Shown one piece after another: positions 59,692-64,000 of a DNA stretch of 64,000 nt; the first letter of the stretch is position 1, and each line of letters begins with the position of its first letter. The stretch is from Candidatus Bipolaricaulota bacterium (GTDB lineage Bacteria; Bipolaricaulota; Bipolaricaulia; M55B111), in assembly GCA_021735245.1 (NCBI GenBank), contig JAIPHJ010000001.1, positions 20,837 to 84,836 on the forward strand. Direction: 5' to 3'. The notes below the pieces were generated by a model. That model did no database searches. It was not told the DNA's origin and worked only from the letters and a program-made list of their open reading frames with translations. A program made the position numbers and the translations under genes.

Positions 59692-60480
59692 ATGACGATG
59701 AAAAACGAGTTAAAATCGATTGATTCCTGCTCGGTACCGGCCCTTGGGCTGGGAACGTGGAAGCTGAAAGGTAAAGAGTGCGAAGAAACTGTTAGAAAAG
59801 CCATTGATATAGGCTATCGCCACATAGATACGGCAATATTTTACGACAACGAAGAAGAGGTCGGAAATGCCATCGCCGATCACCGGCGAGACGAACTATT
59901 CCTAACCACAAAGGTCTGGAAGGACAAGCTCCACTACAGGGACTTCAAACGCTCGGCGGAAGGAAGTCTAAAAAGACTGGGTACCGGTTATATCGATCTA
60001 CTGTTGATACACTGGCCCAACCCGGATATCCCGCTGGAAGAAACTATTAAAGCGATGGACGAACTTGTAAAAGAAGGGAAGGTCCGCCATATAGGCGTAA
60101 GTAATTTTGACGAATCGCAGCTGCGGGAAGCCCTGAATTTATCGGATCATCCTATAGTGACAAACCAGGTAAAGTATCACCTGGGAGCCGATAGGACGCC
60201 GATGCTTAACTACTGTCGGGAAAACGGAATCTTCCTCACCGCGTACAGCCCGCTCGGTAGAGGGAAGGTACTCGAGTCGGAAGAGTTAACCGAGATCGCG
60301 GCCAGGTACGGAAAAACTCCCGGACAGATCGCGCTCAAATGGTTGATAAGACAGGATAACGTACTGGCCATTCCTAAAGCAAGCTCTGCGGATCATTTGA
60401 GGGAGAATATAAGCCTGTTCGACTGGGATCTAGAAAAGAAAGACGTCGAGAAGTTAGATCGGATCGAAATCGCATCTTAG
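59692..60480 (+). CDS. Aldo/keto reductase
   Basis: LGLGTW, GYRHIDTA..Y.NE, TTKVW, LLIHWP, IGVSNF, AYSPLG, IPKAS. Confidence 0.95.
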   Translation: MTMKNELKSIDSCSVPALGLGTWKLKGKECEETVRKAIDIGYRHIDTAIFYDNEEEVGNAIADHRRDELFLTTKVWKDKLHYRDFKRSAEGSLKRLGTGYIDLLLIHWPNPDIPLEETIKAMDELVKEGKVRHIGVSNFDESQLREALNLSDHPIVTNQVKYHLGADRTPMLNYCRENGIFLTAYSPLGRGKVLESEELTEIAARYGKTPGQIALKWLIRQDNVLAIPKASSADHLRENISLFDWDLEKKDVEKLDRIEIAS

Positions 60481-60771
60481 ATAGACTGAGGTACCACCGA
60501 AACCCTGATTCGGGACTTGATTGAAACGAGATTTTCTCCCTATAGTTATATCGAATCGGGAAAACTTCCCGGGAATGGACGCCGAGCAGCTCCAGTACAT
60601 TATCAGGAGTGGGGTAAGAAGTTTCGTCCGAGATCCCGCCTTGATTTGACCTCAGCAGAAATTATCAGAAAGGTTTATACAGAAATTCCGAAGACGTAGA
60701 TTTTTTGGACGGATTAGGCAAAAGATGGACTATTCTTCCCATACCATAAAACAACCCAAGGGGTGATTTTG

Positions 60772-61044
60772 ATGGTAGAACTACCTTCTTCCAGTGACGA
60801 GTTAGGCGCCGAGTTCGAGTACGATCAGAACGTAACCAAACAGGACCTGATTTCCTTTCTCGAAGAGCTCCTCGGCCAGCTCAAGAATGACGATGCGGTA
60901 ACTGTATCCATGGTCGGAACGGAGGCAACGTTCCCGTTCGAGGAACCTATAAATCTGGAGATCGAAACGGATTACAATAAGAAACTTGGTAAACGAGAAC
61001 TCGAAATCGAGATAGAATTCAGGGAAGACGAGACTAGAACCTAG
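60772..61044 (+). CDS. Amphi-Trp-domain-like small acidic protein
   Basis: Pattern ..LEEL..QL....V.....E..F....I.LEIE.....ELEIEIEF; the terminal Trp position is Phe. Confidence 0.6.
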   Translation: MVELPSSSDELGAEFEYDQNVTKQDLISFLEELLGQLKNDDAVTVSMVGTEATFPFEEPINLEIETDYNKKLGKRELEIEIEFREDETRT

Positions 61045-61135
61045 CCAAGGGTCAGGTCTCCTGAATCCTTAAAAGACAAGGAAAGGTCCGGTGTCAATCC
61101 TCTGTTAGGAATCCTCGTTAAAATTTTGGCAGGCA

Positions 61136-61954
61136 TCATAGACACCGGACTGCAACCTTAATAGCTCGATAGTTTTCTTTTACGTCGTGGACCCTTAAAA
61201 CATCTGCCCCCTTCAGCACTCCAACCACGTTACTGGCAATCGTTCCTTCGATCCTTTCGTCTGGGGTTGAATCGAGCGTATCTCCGATAAACGACTTCCT
61301 GGAGGTCCCAAGCAATAGAGGAGCGTTCAGTGTGTCAAATTCCTCCAATCTGCGAAGTATTTCGTAATTGTCTTCGTAATCCTTACCGAACCCAATCCCA
61401 GGGTCAACGATGATTTTATCTCGTGATATCCCTAACTTGACTGCTTCCTCAATTCTACCGGTCAAAAACTTTTTAATATCTTCCACGGGGTCTTCGTAAG
61501 TCGGGTTCTCCTGCATGGTCTTCGGCTCTCCCTGCATGTGCATCAAAATAATCGGTACATCTCTTTTTCCGACAAGTTCACCAAGGCCCGGGTCAAACCT
61601 AAGGGCACTGATATCATTTACGATATCCGCTCCCGCATCCAGAGCTTCTCTTGCTACTTTGGATTTGTAGGTATCGATGGAAATAGGAATATTCGTCTCT
61701 TTCCTTACCGCTTCTATCACCGGTATCGTGCGTTCCAGCTCGACTTCCAGCTCGACTTTTTTCGCGCCGGGCCGAGTTGATTCTCCACCAATGTCGATTA
61801 TATCGGCCCCGTTCTCCTCCATTTCGAGTGCCCTATTCTTTGCTCTATCACGAGCCAAAAATCTCCCGCCGTCGGAGAAAGAATCGGGAGTCACGTTTAA
61901 AATTCCCATGATTAATACTTCGTCTTTTTTTGCGATTCCATCAAGTAAGTCCAT
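61136..61954 (-). CDS. folP: Dihydropteroate synthase
   Basis: MGILNVTPDSFSDGG, DIGGESTRPG, DPGIGFGK, SRKSF, RVHDV. Confidence 0.97.
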   Translation of the reverse strand: MDLLDGIAKKDEVLIMGILNVTPDSFSDGGRFLARDRAKNRALEMEENGADIIDIGGESTRPGAKKVELEVELERTIPVIEAVRKETNIPISIDTYKSKVAREALDAGADIVNDISALRFDPGLGELVGKRDVPIILMHMQGEPKTMQENPTYEDPVEDIKKFLTGRIEEAVKLGISRDKIIVDPGIGFGKDYEDNYEILRRLEEFDTLNAPLLLGTSRKSFIGDTLDSTPDERIEGTIASNVVGVLKGADVLRVHDVKENYRAIKVAVRCL

Positions 61955-62167
61955 TTAAGTCCCTCCGGAATTTTTATTGAAATCCAGCCGAGAGAGAAAC
62001 TAACCATAATTTCCCTCATCCAGGGATTATACAAAATCAGTAACCGTAATTTAACAAGGAACCACCGGGAAAATGGAGTAATTCCTCCGGACTACGGTCT
62101 CGCTCATCGGTCTCCAGTGCGGTAAAATATTGTAAAAGTTTCTCAAGAATCGAGTTGATCGAATTCC

Positions 62168-62503
62168 ATGGAAGATAAATGTGGAGTCGTCGGCGTAAAA
62201 GACCTCTCCGGAAAAGCCTCCCTGCAAGCCTACTATGGCCTTTACGCCCTTCAACATAGAGGTCAGGAAGGTGCTGGTTTAGTCAGCTTTGACGGGTTCA
62301 AGCAGCACACGAAAAAAGGATTGGGTCTGGTTGGCGAGGTTTTCCAGAAAAACGACCTCGAAGAACTGACGGGATTAAATCTCACCAAAGAGCCGAACCG
62401 GATCGGGCACACTGTTTCTTCGGGTATATCTACTTCGCTCGGTCAGATTCCAGCCTGGAAGGTAAATCCGTCTACCCGGCTCTACGGTAACCAGAAACCG
62501 TGA
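62168..62503 (+). pseudogene. purF: Truncated amidophosphoribosyltransferase (N-terminal ~70-80 aa only)
   Basis: KCGVVG...[16 protein letters not shown]...GLVGEVF, then homology is lost; stop at 111 aa versus ~450-500 aa for intact PurF. Confidence 0.85.
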
Positions 62504-62833
62504 GGGAGTTTCGGAATATAGGAGTTCGTTCGGGTTCATTTCCCTTTCGACGGAACTTTTCCTAGATTACCAGGCGTGTTTGCGAATAAATCAAGAACTT
62601 GTTAGCACCTCTTATTTGAATTACGTTTCCCTCTATATCCGGACAGGACGGCTTCATAACCGACCCCCTACGGATAAACCGCCTGCAGAATAGTCCAATA
62701 GCTAACTACTTTCTTCGTGGTTTACCCGCCGGCTCTCTGTTAATCGGGGGCAGGATCAATTATCATTTCCTCAAAATACGCTTTCGGTTCTGAGCAGGGG
62801 ATCCAGGGACTCCTCCCAGTCAACTCCGGGAAG
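62477..62833 (-). pseudogene. purL: Decayed fragment of FGAM synthase PurL
   Basis: Ordered motifs interrupted by stops and frameshifts: LPGVDWEES (62833-62807), DYSAGGLSV (62695-62669), NLGKVP (62568-62551), [21 protein letters not shown] (62539-62477). Confidence 0.6.
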
Positions 62834-62864
62834 AGGAAAGCGTTACATTTCCGAGGTGTCATCA

Positions 62865-63977
62865 ATGCCAATCGAACCTGACCAAGCCGGTAGCATTGTC
62901 GAAAATTATGAAATCGAAAGGGAAGACCAGGCCACGATAGGTGTTCTTGGATCTCATTCCGCCCTGGAAATAGGTTACGGGGCCAAGCAGGAAGACCTTG
63001 ACGTGCTGGTGGTATGCGAACGGGGAAGAGAAACTACTTATACCGACCACTACGAAAACCTCTTCGATCACGTAGTTGTTCTGGACCAGTTCAAAGATAT
63101 AGTTGAACCAGATATTCAGGGAAGGATGAGGGACCTAAATACTGTATTCGTGCCCAACCGGTCCTTCGCGACTTACGTTGGCTACGACCGGATCGAGAAC
63201 GAGTTTTCCGTGCCGATTTTCGGAAACAGGCAGATTCTTCGAGCGGAAGAACGGTACGAAAAAAATAACCAGTACGACCTGCTGGATTCAGCAGGGATAA
63301 GCAGACCTAAAGAACTTGAATCTCCGGAAGAAATCGACTCGCTATCCATCGTAAAAGTCCACGAAAAGGACAGGACGGTCGAACGTGCCTTCTTCTACGC
63401 CTCCAGCCATGAAGAGTTCAAAAACCAGGCGGAAAACAGAATTGAGAAAGGAATTATAACCAAACAGGCCTTGGAAGAAGCTACGATCGAGGAAGTGGCG
63501 CTGGGAGGATTGTTCAACGCCAACTACTTTTGGTCGCCGCTTTACGACGGGATCGATCTTCTGGGTTTCGACCGTCGAATCCAGACCGACCTGGACGGCC
63601 TGCTCCGCCTGCCGGCTGACGAACAGCTACAGGCAAACCTCGACCATCAAAATATCGAAGTCGGTCACTACGGCGCGACCATGCGGGAATCTCAGCTCGA
63701 AAAAATATTTGATGCGGGAAGAAAATTCGTAGAAGCCTGCAGGGAAGAATATCCTCCGGGCATGATAGGTCTTTTCGCCCTCCAGGGCGTCCTGACCAGA
63801 GAGCTTGAATTTCAGGTTTTCGACGCCTCGCTTCGGGTTCCGGGCTCTCCGGCTCTCGGCTCCACCTCACCTTACATGAAATACAAGTACGGAGAGGAAG
63901 TCGGTTCCGGAAAGAGAACCGCTCGGGAGATTAAGCGAGCGATCGAGAGAGGAGACCTTCCAGAGGTGGTCACGTAA
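62865..63977 (+). CDS. purP: PurP-like formate--phosphoribosylaminoimidazolecarboxamide ligase (archaeal-type ATP-grasp)
   Basis: IGVLGSHSALEI..GAKQE, FVPNRSF..YVG...IE..F.VPIFGNR..LR.EER, RESQLEK.F, PPGMIGLFALQ. Confidence 0.88.
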   Translation: MPIEPDQAGSIVENYEIEREDQATIGVLGSHSALEIGYGAKQEDLDVLVVCERGRETTYTDHYENLFDHVVVLDQFKDIVEPDIQGRMRDLNTVFVPNRSFATYVGYDRIENEFSVPIFGNRQILRAEERYEKNNQYDLLDSAGISRPKELESPEEIDSLSIVKVHEKDRTVERAFFYASSHEEFKNQAENRIEKGIITKQALEEATIEEVALGGLFNANYFWSPLYDGIDLLGFDRRIQTDLDGLLRLPADEQLQANLDHQNIEVGHYGATMRESQLEKIFDAGRKFVEACREEYPPGMIGLFALQGVLTRELEFQVFDASLRVPGSPALGSTSPYMKYKYGEEVGSGKRTAREIKRAIERGDLPEVVT

Positions 63978-64000
63978 TTAGCACTGAAGAACTTCCAACC

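Noticed and set aside
636..63870. Many 60-224 aa ORFs antisense to or overlapping housekeeping genes (e.g. 23142-23816, 34982-35497, 41078-41629)
   Set aside because: Shadow ORFs explained by codon bias of the acidic sense-strand genes; no motifs or RBS support.

Overview
Bacterial core-genome window of ~50% GC with a strongly acidic proteome, suggesting a halophile. A Bipolaricaulota/Acetothermia-like lineage is only a guess from gene content. Positions 2.3-25 kb hold a minus-strand rpoC-str-S10-spc-alpha superoperon that locally lacks rpoB, tuf and rpmD, carries a greatly enlarged RpoC and encodes a C-terminally truncated S11. The rest is mostly housekeeping: pcrA, hpf, recO, deoC, era, ispE-cmk-plsC, rpsA-plsY, MEMO1-yicC-gmk-acpS, tRNA-Gln/tRNA-Glu, ftsH-dxr, rplI-murJ, yidC-jag-mnmE followed by a SigB/F-type sigma factor cluster, rib genes-hisS, folP, and an archaeal-type purP next to decayed purF and purL remnants. 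The main non-coding signals are a ~60-bp intergenic repeat in at least three copies, a 123-bp MITE-like element with perfect 17-bp terminal inverted repeats, and a weak CRISPR-like periodic motif before ftsH. Three proteins look like pseudo-enzymes or degenerate domains (FtsE-like, PP-loop ThiI/MnmA-like, Jag KH). I found no complete, clearly new multi-gene system. All calls come from reading motifs by eye, not from database searches.
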